Below are positions 22,990 to 36,117 of a stretch of 64,000 bases of DNA, piece by piece. Location: contig OX597824.1 in NCBI GenBank assembly GCA_951406725.2, positions 68,510,001 to 68,574,000 of the forward strand. Direction: 5' to 3'. The DNA is from Octopus vulgaris (Eukaryota). Each line of letters begins with the position of its first letter. Position 1 is the stretch's first letter. The notes under the pieces were generated by a model. The model was not told where the DNA came from. It worked only from the letters and a program-made list of their open reading frames with translations, and searched no databases. Both the position numbers and the translations under genes were made by a program.

Positions 22990-22992
<3 letters not shown>
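22830..22992 (-). mobile_element. Family D 3' end
   Basis: (cat)n gtttaacatccg..catgggttggacgg..ctacagctggatgcccttcctaacgccaacc. Confidence 0.8.
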
Positions 22993-23032
<40 letters not shown>

Positions 23033-23260
23033 TCTTTATAAAATACATATATGTATACACACACACACACATATTGCGTCTGGGGAGAATCATTCTGTTT
23101 TAATGCCTTATTAATTAACACACTCACTGGTTCAATTTCCACTCATTTACTTAATTATTTTTTCCTAAAATTTTCATTGCTTCTTGCAACCTCTCCAATA
23201 GTCGTTGACTCTACATACATACAGATATGTATATGAATATATTTTTTTATTTTTATTTAT

Positions 23261-23560
23261 GTGCCCTTTTCAAGCCTAGCCAGGCTCATGGGCTCAGTTT
23301 CCCGGTTTTTGTGGAGTACGTGTTCCCCCCAGCTGGACGGGATGCCAGTCCATCGCAGTGTTATTCAAGAAACAGGAAGAGAGAGTGAGAGAAAGTTGGG
23401 GCGAAAGAGTACAACAGGGGTTGCCACCACCCTCTGCTGGAGCTTTGTGGAGCTTTAGGTGTTTTCGCTCAATAAACACACACAATGCCAGGTCTGGGAA
23501 TCGAAACCGTGATCCTCCGACCACAAGTCCACTGCCCTAACCACTGGGCCATTCCGCCTC
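23261..23560 (-). mobile_element. tRNA-headed SINE family V, near full length
   Basis: Reverse complement reads tggcccagtggttagggcag..ggtttcgattcccagacc..gatggactggcatcccgtccag. Confidence 0.85.
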
Positions 23561-23610
23561 CATATATATATATATGTGTGTGTGTGTGTATATTTGTGTA
23601 TATATATATA

Positions 23611-23887
23611 TATAAAATACAAAATGGGATAAGAACGCAAAACATCTGGACAACTAGATGATACAAAAAGGGACAACAAAACATCCAGATAGACGATACC
23701 AAAAAACAAGGACGGGTCATTCAACGCCTTTTATCTTCAGTCAAGAACCAGATCTGGTTCTTGAGTGAAGCTTCCAATGACCCGTCCTTGTTTTTTTTGT
23801 ATTGTCTATCTGGATGTTTTGTTGTCCCTTTTTGTATCACCTAGTTGTCCAAATATTTTGCGTCCTGGTCCCATTTTGTATTTTATA
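23611..23887. repeat. About 275-bp imperfect palindrome between (TA)n tracts
   Basis: Centre is tcaagaaccagatctggttcttga. The arms mirror out to aaaatacaaaatggga / tcccattttgtatttt. Confidence 0.9.
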
Positions 23888-24507
23888 TATATATATATTT
23901 ATAGCAGCATACGTACACTTTGTTTTCTCTCTTTCTCTCTCTCTCTATATATATATATATATACATACATACATACATACATACATACATGTATGTATGT
24001 GTGGGTTTGTGAGTGGATGGGTGTCTTTGTGCTTATGCCAGTCATCCCACTACTTGACAACCAGTGTTGGTTTGTTTACACCCTTGCAACTTAGTTTGAT
24101 AAAAAAAAACTGTTAAAATAAGTACCTGACTTTAAAAAAAGTACCAAGGGCAATTTCTTCTACTGAAACCCTTTAAGGCAGTGCCCCAGCATGGCCACAG
24201 TCCAATGACTGAGACAAGTTTAAAAAAAGCTATCCTGAGCCTATTGTTTTAAATGAGGACAAGACACCCGAAGTGATGCAAATCCAACAAACTTTTGCAA
24301 AGACAGGATGGTCACCTTTGATCATAGGGTCGGTTAACTAACACTCAACTAGGGTTAAGCAACAATAGCAACAACAACAGCAAATCTATTTTCATCCAAG
24401 GATTCTAAAAATTCTCTCAATCTGATCAATTAAAAAAGTCAAACAATGTTGTCTAATGTAGCTTTACATGTAAGGCTGCAACTGCAGCAGCAGCAGTGGT
24501 AGTAGTG

Positions 24508-24538
<31 letters not shown>

Positions 24539-25369
24539 AAGCAGTAGATCAGAGCTGTGATAACATGGATAACAGAAAGATAAACTACCTCCACTACCAC
24601 CACCACCACTGCCACCACCACAACTATCACTATCACCACTACTACTACTACTACTACTACTACCACTACCATCACCACCACCACCACGACTACCACCACC
24701 ACAACTAACACTATCACCACCACCACCACCACCACCACCACCACCACAACTACCACTATCACCACTACTACCACCACCACTACTACTACCACTACCATCA
24801 CCACCACCACCACGACTACCACCACCACAACTAACACTATCACCACTACCACCACCACCACCACCACCACCACCACAACTACCACTATCACCACTACTAC
24901 CACCACCACTACTACTACCAATACCATCACCACCACCACCACCACCACAACTACCACTATCACCACTACCACCACCACTACTACAACCAATACCATCACC
25001 ACCACCACCACTACCACCACCAACAACAACAGCAATAACACCACTAATACCACTACCACTACTACCACCATCAACACCATTAATGTCCCCAACATGAATC
25101 AGTAAAAGAGCTTCTACATAGTAGCTGGACCTGTTGAAAGGAAATAGCAGTTAAATCCTCCTGCAATCATAAAAAGAAAAGGAAGGACATATTGGATTAT
25201 GTCTCCTTCCTTTCTCTTTCTTTGTATATGATATGAGTCTAAGGAAACGAGTGAGAGATTAAAGTTTATGGTCGGAATGTCTTTGATCATATGCCTGCTT
25301 GGTCAAGACTGACCAAAGATAATCAATTACCACCACCACCATCACCATGACTACCACCACATCATAAAC

Positions 25370-25405
<36 letters not shown>

Positions 25406-25718
25406 CACTGCTGCCACCACCACCATAAAGACCACCACTACTGCTACTGACCTTAAGGCCTCCGCAAGAATTGCAGGATCTGTTTCCTCCCAGATAAAAC
25501 ACATTCTTCTGCAACATTAAGAAATCCTATCAGAAAAATCTTTTATCCTTTCAAAATATCAATATTGATTCGATCCAAAGAAATTTTTCAATAACTAACC
25601 AAAACATTGTATATATTGGCACCATTCATTTCAGATATATTCATTATTCCAGACATAAATCTCTCAGATAATCCATACCAGCAAAATAAATAAAAATAAA
25701 AAATTTATTAAAAATAAA

Positions 25719-25770
<52 letters not shown>

Positions 25771-26125
25771 TGATGATGATAATAATAATAAATAACACAA
25801 ACAGCTAAGACTGCGTTCTATCATGTTAGCTATATTTCTAAGAACTGATACATTCATGCAGAAAATTGGTGGAGTTGTTAGAGCAACATGATATCTAAGC
25901 CAACTTGGTGAGCTCTGAGTTCAAATCCAGCTAAGGTTAGTTTTGACTTACATCTTTTCAGGACTTGATTTATCCCTTTAGCACTTAAACCGGCCATATC
26001 CAGCCCAATATTCTCTCTCTAGATCTGGCCTCTTGTACCTAACCTACAATGTCATTCTAAAAATAAACAAATCTCATCACTGAAATCTCAGAATTACAAG
26101 TTAATGCACGATTAATTCAAAACAA

Positions 26126-26380
26126 TACTCTTTACTCTCTTTTACTCGTTTCAGTCGTTTGACTGTGGCCATGCTGGAGCACCACCTTTAGTTGAGCACA
26201 TCGACCCCAGGAATTATTCTTTGTAGGCCTAGTACTTATTCTATCAGTCTCTTTTGCCAAACCGCTAAGTTACAGGGATGTAAACACACAAGCATCAGTT
26301 GTCAGGCAATGTTGGGGGAACAAACACAGACACAAACATATACACACATACATACATACATACATACATACATACATACA

Positions 26381-26441
<61 letters not shown>

Positions 26442-26825
26442 GTGAAGGTGCATGGCTCAGTGGTTTGAGCGTCGAGCTTACAATCGTGAGGTTGTGAGTT
26501 TGAATCCCAGACCAGGCTGCGTGTTGTGTTCTTGAACAAGACACTTTATTTCACATTGCTCCAGTTCACACAGCTGTAGGATTGAGTTGCGATTTCACAG
26601 GTGCCAAGCTGTATTGGCCTTTGCCTTTCCCTTGGATAACACTGTCGTATATATATATACATACGACAGGCTTCTTTCAGTTTCCGTCAACCAAATCCAT
26701 TCTCAAGCCTTTGGTTGCCCCAATGCTATAGTAGAAGACACTTGCCCAAGGTGCCATGCAGTGGGACTGAACCCGAAACCATGTAGTTCATAAGCAAGCT
26801 ACTTACCACACAGCCACTCCTATGC
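26126..26825 (-). mobile_element. SINE family A, interrupted by a family B SINE
   Basis: 3' half at 26126-26340 and 5' half at 26660-26825, with acaat duplicated at the flanks. Confidence 0.85.
26443..26646 (+). mobile_element. CORE-type SINE family B inside the family A microsatellite
   Basis: gaaggtgcatggctcagtggtttgagcgtcgag head followed by CORE. Confidence 0.85.
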
Positions 26826-26934
26826 TTACAATGTAAATAAATAAGTATCAAATTTGACAGAATAATGTGAATGCTGAAGGCTTAATCCCTTTGCCCCTTA
26901 TAGAACATAGGCCATGGAGAATTATTCTCTATAC

Positions 26935-27392
26935 CAGGCGTTGGCGAACTGGAGTAAAATAAATTCTTGTGGGCAACGAAAACTCATTAGACATAAGCAA
27001 AAATTATATAAAAACATGTTCCTTGTTACAACAGAAATTTATCTTCTGGCAACACTGCATCTGTCTAATGTAATGGACGTGTTTAGGAGACGTCACACCA
27101 ATTTGAACTACAAACAGTTTGGTTGCTAAGGTGTTGTCAACAACATTTCTTCAAAACCTGAAGTAAAAAGTTTCTAGAAAAATCCTTTTGTTTCATGAGG
27201 ATATTAATTTATTTTATCACATTTTAAAATACTTTTTATATTTATAAATCTATTTTCCATATAAATAGATTCAATAGACCTTTTGAATTAAAAAAAAAAT
27301 CTATGATTTTCTTCCTTTCAAATCAAGGAGTTAATGTTGGCCTAAATAAATATATTTTGGGCTAATAGGTTAAAAAATTTCCCCGACCCCTG
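26935..27392. mobile_element. hAT-type MITE with perfect 8-bp TSD
   Basis: TSD ctctatac at 26927-26934 and 27393-27400. Imperfect TIR caggcgttggcgaa / ttccccgacccctg. Confidence 0.8.
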
Positions 27393-27716
27393 CTCTATAC
27401 TGTTCTTGATTCTGGGCTGTCTTTTCTGCTTCTGTTTAGTTCATTGATTCCCAACCTGTTTTTTCCCCCCAGGCCCCATTATAACTTTCTGGAAAAGTGT
27501 ATGCTCCTCCACCACTTGTTAGAACAAAAACAAATTTATTTTTAGCTAATAGAATTGTTAGCATTCCAGCAAAATGCTTTGCAGTATTCTGCCTGCCTCA
27601 ACATTCTGAGTTCAAATCCAGCTGAGGTCACTTTTGACTTACATCTTTTCAGGACTTGAACTCAGTTCCTTCACTCCTTATGGAGCATAGGCCATGGGGA
27701 ATTATTTTCTATACTG

Positions 27717-27934
27717 GCAGAAGCATTAGTACAACAGGCAAAATATGCAGCAGTATTTCGTCTGCCGTTACATTCTGAGTTCAAATTCCGCCGAGGTCAA
27801 ATTTGCCTTTCATCCTTTCGGGGTCGATAAATTAAGTACCAGTTATGCACTGGGGTCTATGTAAGTGACTTAATCCCTTTTTCTGTCCTTGTTTGTCCCC
27901 TCTATGTTTAGCCTCCCGTGGGCAATAAAGAAAT
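27717..27934 (+). mobile_element. SINE family C with 18-bp TSD
   Basis: TSD gaattattYtctatactg at 27699-27716 and 27935-27952. Nin-like core and tail tttagcc..gtgggcaataaagaaa. Confidence 0.85.
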
Positions 27935-28112
27935 GAATTATTCTCTATACTGTTCTTGACTTTGGACTGTCTTTTCTACTTCTCTTCATTTCAGTGTTTT
28001 CCAACCTATTTTCCCCCAGACCCCACTTTCCAGAACTTTCCAGAAAAATGTATGCTCCCACCACTGGTTAGTTGGAAAAAATAAATAATAATTTTTAGCT
28101 GGCAGAATTATA

Positions 28113-28500
28113 GGCATAGGAGTGGCTGTGTGGTAAGTAGCTTGCTTACCAGCCACATGATTCTGAGTTCAGTCCCACTGCATGGTATCTTGGGCAAGTG
28201 TCTTCTACTATAGCCTCGTGAGTGGATTTGGTAGATGGAAACTGAAAGAAGCCTGTCGTATATATGTATATATATATGTGTATGTGTGTATGTATACATT
28301 TGTGTGTGTGTGTTTGTCCACCCCAACATCACTTGACAACCGTTGCTGGTGTGTTTACGTCCCCATAACTTAACGGTTCAGCAAAACAGACCAATAGAAT
28401 AAGTACTAGGCTTACAAAGAATAAGTCCTGGGGTCGATTTGATCGACTAAAGGTGGTGCTCCAGCATGGCTGCAGTTAAATGACTGAACCAAATAAAAGA
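28113..28500 (+). mobile_element. SINE family A
   Basis: Head, internal microsatellite and 3' end as at 12874. Confidence 0.9.
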
Positions 28501-29747
28501 GTATCCTTTGATCTGTGTAGCTTGGGAGGCCCTGGTAACTCTGTCGCAATAGCTCTCAGGTTCATTAAAACACAAAATCCAGCACACAGCTACAAGGACT
28601 GGCCCTTTAGGGTTGATAATTAAGTACCAGGCCAGAGTACTGGATAAGTGAAATTATTAGCATTTGGATGAACTATCTTAAGGTGCCTTTTTTCAAGTTG
28701 TATGCTTTCTGAGTTCAAATCCCACTTGTGCAGATCTAGTCAAAATGATAACAGGGTTGAGAAGTCCATAAACAAGTGTCTAAATATTTGTGTGTATGAG
28801 TGAGTGGTATACTCATCACCATCCTATTTTCTCTTTCCAGCTGGGGTAGCCATGCATCTTCTCTACAGCAAGACACTTGTTCCTTTCCCTCCATCTCACT
28901 TTAGCCTCTCATCACCCTGCATAAAGCTACCCCACTCAATACTACACCCATACTCTGTTGAGTGAGGCTTGTCTTGAAAGTTACTTGTGAGTGACCTCAC
29001 AAGTGCCAATGCAATGCATTAAGCACCCAGTGCACTCTGTAAAGTGGTTGACATTAGTAACAGAGCCATCTTAAGGCACAGACACACTGGGCAGTCATCC
29101 AGGAGTCCAAAGGGTCTAGGGCCCTATTCTGACCTATGCTAGCATGGAAGATGGGCGTTAAACAATGATGATGATGTATGCTGTAGCTTGCTTCCAATAA
29201 ATTAATACAATAGGGCCCAGTGGCCTACAGCGCTGCTAGGGCAGTTCTGTTTAAGAAGGGCATCCATTCCAGTCATAGATATTGTGCCAAAGTAGACACT
29301 GGAGCTTAGCAGAGTGTTCTAACTTGTTGATTCCTGTTGCAATGTCTAACCCATACGTGTACAAAAGACAAACACTAAATGACGATGTGGTTATCAGAAG
29401 ATGAACAGAATATTTCTTGTCCTAAAAATGGCAAAATATAATGGTAATCCTGTTCAATTGTGCAGGCATACCTAGTTCAAATGCCTGGGGATATCCAGGA
29501 TACTGGCAGTTTGAACAGCAGGGCAGTAGGCTAGACACCCTGGAATCCCTGAGCTGTGACACTGAAAGAAGGGACAGCGATTGGAGTAGGAGTTTATGAA
29601 TGTAGTAAGGAAGGGTTGGGGGCAAAGGCTGTGGTGGGGAGATGGGATGTGTATGGGAGGAACAGAGGGAGGAGCAGATGCAACAAGTATTCCGAATCTC
29701 AACTAACCTAAGTTGTTTGCCAGTTTGCCAGTTTATATGAATATTAG

Positions 29748-29955
29748 TTTCAAATTTTGACACAGCCAGAAATTTCGGGGTTGGGTGGGGGCTAATCGAT
29801 TACATGGGCTCCAGTGTTCAACTGGTACATACTCTATCGATCCTGATAGGGTGAAAAATAAAGTCAACCTAGACAGAATTTGAAATCAGAATGTAAAGAT
29901 GGACAAGACACCACTAAGCATTTTACCTCTCATGGTAATGATTCTGCCAGATTCT
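29748..29955 (-). mobile_element. Diverged SINE family C
   Basis: Reverse Nin-like core: actggtac..tcgatcctga.agg.tgaaa..taaagtcaacct..cagaatttgaa. Confidence 0.7.
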
Positions 29956-29978
29956 GCCTAAGGTTATATAAATATTAA

Positions 29979-30198
29979 CCCTTTTGTTACTGTATTTATT
30001 TTGAGATGCTCTGTGTTTCTTTCAATTACTTTAAATATAACAAAGAATTTAGTAAAATAACTTAGTTATTATTCAGCTAGTGTTAGGAACATAAATTGTG
30101 ACTAAGGTTTGGTAGAAGATTTTAATTCAAAACTTATGAAAACAAGACATTTGTACTCAGAGCCAGAGCTGGTTTCAGCTGGGTTAGTAATAAAAGGG
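29979..30198. mobile_element. piggyBac-type MITE
   Basis: TTAA-cccttttgttact...agtaataaaaggg-TTAA: 13-bp TIR with one mismatch and a TTAA TSD. Confidence 0.85.
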
Positions 30199-30664
30199 TT
30201 AAAGGGACTCTTGAATCAATCTACATCAATCTTTCCCTCTATCTATCCATCAGTCTGTCTGTCTGTCTTCTGTCAGGCTTTCTGTTTCTAATGTCCAATT
30301 TTCCATGCATGTATGGGATTCAGGCAGAATATATTGGAGTAGATCTTCTACAGCAGGATGCCCCCTTTGTCACTAACCCTCACCAGTTTGCATGCCAGCT
30401 AATATTTCCCAACAGCCAGACATGCTTTTGTAGAATATTTTAAATGAACAACACTGCCTGTATGACAGTGATACTCATTTACAACTATCACACATACATG
30501 CATACAAATATATATGTATATATTTAATATACATATAAATATTTACTTGATGGAACTGAAGCCTGTCTGTGGAGTTATATTGTTGCTAAAAGAATTAGCG
30601 GTTTTTGACTGTTATTTCTAAATTTTCGATATGTGGTGAAGCAACTTTTTGCTAAACCTTTAAT

Positions 30665-30722
<58 letters not shown>

Positions 30723-30817
30723 GTTAATCCAAACAAGAAAACACAAAAAATCACAGCAACGCGAGGACGTGGAACAAATAAAGTATTATTGGACGCTCAG
30801 GAAAGAAGGGAAGGAGA

Positions 30818-30852
30818 GTTTAATGTTTCGAGCGGAGCTCTTCGTCGGAAAC
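30818..30852 (-). ncRNA. Minimal Penelope-type hammerhead motif (variant core)
   Basis: gttt-CCGACGA-a gagc tcc gctc-GAAAC-aTT-aaac. Confidence 0.55.
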
Positions 30853-30920
30853 AAAGGAGAAGGAAAGATCCCGAGAAGGGAAGACAGAGGAAAAAAAATT
30901 GCTGGCGGTGCTCACGAGGT

Positions 30921-30958
<38 letters not shown>

Positions 30959-31036
30959 CAAAAAAACAAAACATGAAGACATTTGGTGTAGACAACAAAC
31001 AGATGTATTATTATAACGCTCGGGAAGGGAAAAAGT

Positions 31037-31072
31037 CTTTAACGTTTCGAGCCTACACTCTTCCACAGAAAG
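31037..31072 (-). ncRNA. Minimal Penelope-type hammerhead motif (variant core)
   Basis: cttt-CTGTGGA-a gag tgtagg ctc-GAAAC-GTT-aaag, with palindromic aacgtt stem III. Confidence 0.55.
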
Positions 31073-31139
31073 GAACAAGGAGAGAAAATAAAGAATGTGT
31101 AGTGGCTAGCGATCTACCATGGCGAATATATATATATAT

Positions 31140-31310
31140 CATCATCATCATCATCATCGGTTAGCGTCCGCTTTCCATGCTGGCATGGGTTGGACAGTGC
31201 AACTGGGGTCTGGGAAGCCAGAAGGATTCACCAGGCAATGTTTCTATGGCTGGATGCCCTTCCTAACGCCAACCACTCCATGAGTGTAGTGGGTGCTTTT
31301 TACATGCCAC

Positions 31311-31312
<2 letters not shown>
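31140..31312 (-). mobile_element. Family D 3' end
   Basis: (cat)n..cgtccgctttccatgc..ggatgcccttcctaacgccaacc. Confidence 0.8.
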
Positions 31313-31350
<38 letters not shown>

Positions 31351-31536
31351 GTATTCATATGTATTACAAGTTTCTGTTTCCATCAAACTGACCCCCACTA
31401 ACAAAGCTTTGGACTGCTCAGGGTTACAGCAGAACACCAAGGTGGTATGCAGTAGGACTGAACCTGAAACCATATGGTTGCAAAGCAAGCTTTTTAACCA
31501 CACAGCCACCATTGCCCAAGTCTATCTATCTATCTA

Positions 31537-31662
<126 letters not shown>

Positions 31663-31719
31663 CGTCCGTCCGTCCGTCCGTCCGTCCGTCCGTCTGTCTG
31701 TATGTCTGTCTATTTTTGT

Positions 31720-31858
31720 ACACCACACAGCCCACCGATCCCTATTGATTGAACTTTTTCTTTGTGTGTCCCACCCATCTCACCTCGAAACGAAGAACTC
31801 TACATTGTATTTTGTCTATTTTCTGTGTTTAGCCCTGTGTGGCCATAATTAAAAGATA
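31720..31858 (+). mobile_element. 3' UTR fragment of a non-LTR retrotransposon within (CTRT)n
   Basis: Homologous to 9740-10006. Confidence 0.5.
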
Positions 31859-31870
31859 TCTCTCAGTCTA

Positions 31871-31942
<72 letters not shown>

Positions 31943-32104
31943 ATCTGTCTGTCTATCCCTTCATGTGTGTGCGTGTATGTGTGTGTGTATACTACTGACA
32001 AACTGTAGCACCAACTTCTGTGACCACCACCACCTCTACCACCACTACCATCACCACTGTTACTATTACAACTACCACAATCAAGCAAGGGTTCTGTTGT
32101 GATT

Positions 32105-32145
<41 letters not shown>

Positions 32146-32146
32146 T

Positions 32147-32179
<33 letters not shown>

Positions 32180-32562
32180 ATAACATCAATAATGGCAGTA
32201 ACATCATTAACAGCTGCTACAACAACAACAACAACAACAACGAATGTTACTACTACCGGTGTTGCTGTTGCTGCTGCTGTCAATAGAATTGCTGCATCAG
32301 CAATAAAATAATTATCATCATCATCATCAGCAGCAGCAGCAGCAGCAAGAACAACCAAGAGCCATAGAAACAGCAGTAACAAATAGTAACATCAATATTA
32401 ACAACAATCACAGCAGCAGTCAGTGACGGAGGCCGTGACGTGGCTGCGCTGCTCGACTTGCAAGAAATAGCAGTCGCTCTCCAGTTAAATGACACCCTTC
32501 CCTTCCCGTTCCGAAATATATAACAGGGAAGAAGTTTTGGACAAGTGAAGTGTAGACCTATA

Positions 32563-32953
32563 TAGGAGTGGCTGTGTGGTAAGTAGCTTGCTTACCAGCC
32601 ACATGGTTCCGGGTTCAGTCCCACTGCGTGGCATCTTGGGCAAGTGTCTTCTGCTATAGCCCCGGGCCGACCAATGCCTTGTGAGTGGATTTGGTAGACG
32701 GAAACTGAAAGAAGCCTGTCGTATATATGTATTTATATGTGTGTGTATGTGTATGTGTTTGTGTGTCTGTGTTTGTCCCCCAAGCATTGCTTGACAACCG
32801 ATGCTGGTGTGTTTATGTCCCCGTCACTTAGCGGTTCGGCAAAAAGTGACCGATAGAATAAGTACTGGGCTTACAAAGAATAAGTCCCGGGGTCGATTTG
32901 CTCGACTAAAGGCGGTGCTCCAGCATGGCCGCAGTCAAATGACTGAAACAAGT

Positions 32954-32960
<7 letters not shown>
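32563..32960 (+). mobile_element. SINE family A, CpG-rich copy
   Basis: Complete head to tail. Confidence 0.9.
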
Positions 32961-32985
<25 letters not shown>

Positions 32986-33847
32986 TATACTCTGGCATGA
33001 TGGAGTGGTCGTGTCTGAAACGTCTTGCGGCAACATACATGTCTGCTTGACCAGGAGTGACGCGGGAGCTATTCCGCCCTCCTCCGCCGCCGCATCCGCC
33101 ACCACCACAACAGCAACAGCGAGACCAAGACGACGACCACCACGACCACTACCACTACCACCACCACACCACCTCAACCACAACAACAGAAACACGAAGG
33201 CGACGATGACCACCACCACTAACACCACCAACATCCACTATCAAAACCATCGAAGACAATGACAACAGTGGTAAGTAATACCAACACCGTCAGCAGCAGC
33301 AGCAGCAGCACCACCACCACCACCACCACAACCACAACTACAACCATCACCACCACCACCACCACTACAACCACCACCACCCACTATCAACAACATCAAA
33401 GACAATAACAGCAGTAATGGTGTTGAACACCATTAGCACCAGCAGCAGCAACACATCCTTCGTCACCACCACCACCACCACAACCTCCAAGAGCACCACT
33501 ATCGCCGCCGCTGCCGCCACCACCACCAGTATCTGCAACAACATCAAATAACAACACCATCACCTCCACCACCAACAAAAGCAACAATAACAACACTCCA
33601 CCACCACCACCACCACCGCTAACAGTATCAGTTATGCCACCACCGCCGCCACTCCTACCGCGACCACCACCAGTAACAACACCAACTGCAAGAATATTAC
33701 AACAGCATCAAAACCGTCACACCAGCATCGTTCGTCTTAAAGCTTCAATGCGTTCCTACCACCCACAAGCACTGCACCACACCCTAACCCTAACGCTTAG
33801 GCCTCAACCCAAACACGTCCCCCTTTCACCTTAAATGACAGTCTACC

Positions 33848-34077
33848 TATTTCTTTATTACCAACAAGGGGCTAAACACAGAGGGGACAAACAAGGACAG
33901 ACATAGGTATTAAGTCGATTACATTGACCCCCAGTGCGTAACTGGTACTTAATTTATCGACTCCGAAAGGATGAAAGGCAAAGTCGACCTCGGCGGAATT
34001 TGAACTCACAACGTAACGCAGACGAAATACCGCTAAGCATTTCGCCCGGCGTGCTAACGTTTCTGCCAGCTCGCCGA
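33848..34077 (-). mobile_element. SINE family C, full length, CpG-rich
   Basis: Reverse complement reads ggcgagctggcagaaacgttagcacgccgggcgaaatgc..gtcgactttgcctttcatcctttcgg. Confidence 0.9.
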
Positions 34078-34416
34078 CAGTCTACCACCTTTATGAAGGA
34101 AGGGTACAAGGATGTCGAAAATGTAGTTTTAGATATGAAAAGCATGGTAAGTCACATCTGGAACCTCGTTGATTAGGATTAGCGAGTTCGTTGAACAAGT
34201 AGGGTGCCTCAGACACCGTTCGTTGACGGGTGTGTGGATAAGTGGTTCGTTTCGGAACCACTTCGTTTTGAGTTCGATTCTCGTGTCCGCGACACCTTGA
34301 GTAAATGTTTTCTATAACCACTTTGCGTTGGCCAATTCCTTGTGGGTAGAACTTGGTAGAGAGAAACTGTGTCTAAGCCTGTCGTGCTCACGTGCGTGCT
34401 CGCAAGTATGCTTCTC

Positions 34417-34793
34417 TCTTTTACATGTTTCAGTCATTTGACTGCGGCCATGCTGGAGCACCGCCTTTAGTCGAGCAAATCGACCCCAGATCCTATTCTG
34501 TGTAAGCCTAGTACTTATTCTATCGGACTCTTTTGCCGAACCGCTAAGTTACAGGGACGTAAACACACCAGCATCGGTTGTCAAGCGATGTTGGGGGGAC
34601 AAACACGGACACACAAACATATATATACATATACGACGGGCTTCTTCCAGTTTCCATCTACCAAATCCACTCACAAGGCTTTGGTCGGCCCAAGGCTATA
34701 GTAGAAGACACTTGCCCAAGGTGCCACGCAGTGGGACTGAACCCATGACCATGTAGTTGGTAATCAAGCTACTTACCACACAGCCACTCCTGC
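34417..34793 (-). mobile_element. SINE family A
   Basis: Complete on the minus strand. A diverged plus-strand head fragment lies at 34225-34385. Confidence 0.9.
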
Positions 34794-34850
34794 GCTTGCG
34801 TACGTTTGTGAGTGTGGGTGCGTGCATATGTACGGATGTCTGCATGTATG

Positions 34851-35003
34851 CAGGGGCGGACCCGGGGGTGCTGAGGGGCGCGTACCCACCTCAAGAAAAG
34901 AAGTGCGCCCTTATAAATAATGTTATTACGTCCTTTTCTCTTGGAATTGTATTCCCTTCCGACCGTGTGTCTTCCCTTCGAAAAATTCCTGGGACCGGCC
35001 CTG
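34851..35003. mobile_element. Short MITE-like element
   Basis: Imperfect TIR caggggcggacccggg / cctgggaccggccctg; no clear TSD. Confidence 0.5.
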
Positions 35004-35061
35004 GTATATATGTATGTGTGTGAATGTAGAAATGCATGTATACACACACACGCACACACAC

Positions 35062-35092
<31 letters not shown>

Positions 35093-35669
35093 TGTATGTA
35101 TGTATGTATGTATGTATGTATGTATGTATGTATGTATGTATGTATGTATGTATGTATGTATGTATGTATGTATGTATGTATGTATGTATGTATGTATGTA
35201 TGGATGGATGGATGGATGGATGGATGGATGGATGGATGGATGGATGGATGGATGGATGGAAGGAAGGAAGGAAGGAAGGAAGGAAGGAAGGAAGGAAGGA
35301 AGGAAGGAATTTAGAGAAAAACCTCTATTAAACAATTCGATAGTGAAAGACGTTATTCACACCACATAGAAAAAGTTAAATATAAAAGTTAAATGGTGTG
35401 TGAATTGCTTAATAGAGGTTTTTCACTAAATTTCATACATATATATTGTGAAATTTGATTTAGAATTGCTAAATTGAATTTCTCCCTATAAGTTTGGAAT
35501 TATATTCCCTAAATTATTATTAATATTATTATTATTATATATGTTTGCACGTGTATATGTATGTTTGTATGCATGTGGTGATGGGAGTTTCTCGGAAGCC
35601 GAGAAAGACGTTTTTGCAATTTCTTTCTGAACAACCCGCGATGCTTTGCTTATAGTAATCAAATATATG

Positions 35670-35972
35670 TGCTGTACAGTAGCTCACTCTCGCCATCGAA
35701 TCGACGTTACCTGTACAGATGCATGGTGTGCCACGCGTCAAGTATCGAGGAATTGAAAGCACGACCTCGCGTTCGTAAGCGCAACACCCAAACCACCAGG
35801 CCATGCGCCCTCAACATGTATGTATGTGCTATACAGTAGCTCACTCTCGCCATCAAATCGACGTTACCTGTACAGGTGCATGGTGTGCCCACGCGTCAAG
35901 TGTCGAGGAATTGAAAGCACGACCTCGCGTTCGTAAGCGCAACACCCAAACCACCAGGCCATGCGCCCTCAA
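35670..35972 (-). mobile_element. Tandem dimer of an internally deleted tRNA-headed SINE
   Basis: Two near-identical units of about 157 bp. The head gagggcgcatggcctggtggtttggg is joined directly to the 3' body without CORE. Confidence 0.8.
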
Positions 35973-36117
35973 CATGTATGTATGTATGTATGTATGTATG
36001 TATGTATGTATGTATGTATGTATGTATGTATGTATGTATGTATGTATGTATGTATGTACGAGGGGCTGTTGGAAAGTTCCTGACTTTGGGTAAAAGAAAA
36101 TACACGAGGACCATTTA

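Larger units (their letters stand above)
25974..26881. mobile_element. piggyBac-type MITE interrupted by nested SINEs
   Basis: ttat-ccctttagca.. / ..aatgctgaaggc-ttaa are decayed CCC/GGG ends with TTAA-like flanks. Confidence 0.6.

Noticed and set aside
24439-25095. 218-aa poly-Val ORF
   Set aside because: (CAC/TAC)n repeat with internal duplications.
29422-29763. 113-aa minus-strand ORF
   Set aside because: It has a non-ATG start inside a SINE tail and no recognisable motifs. It is probably a decayed repeat.
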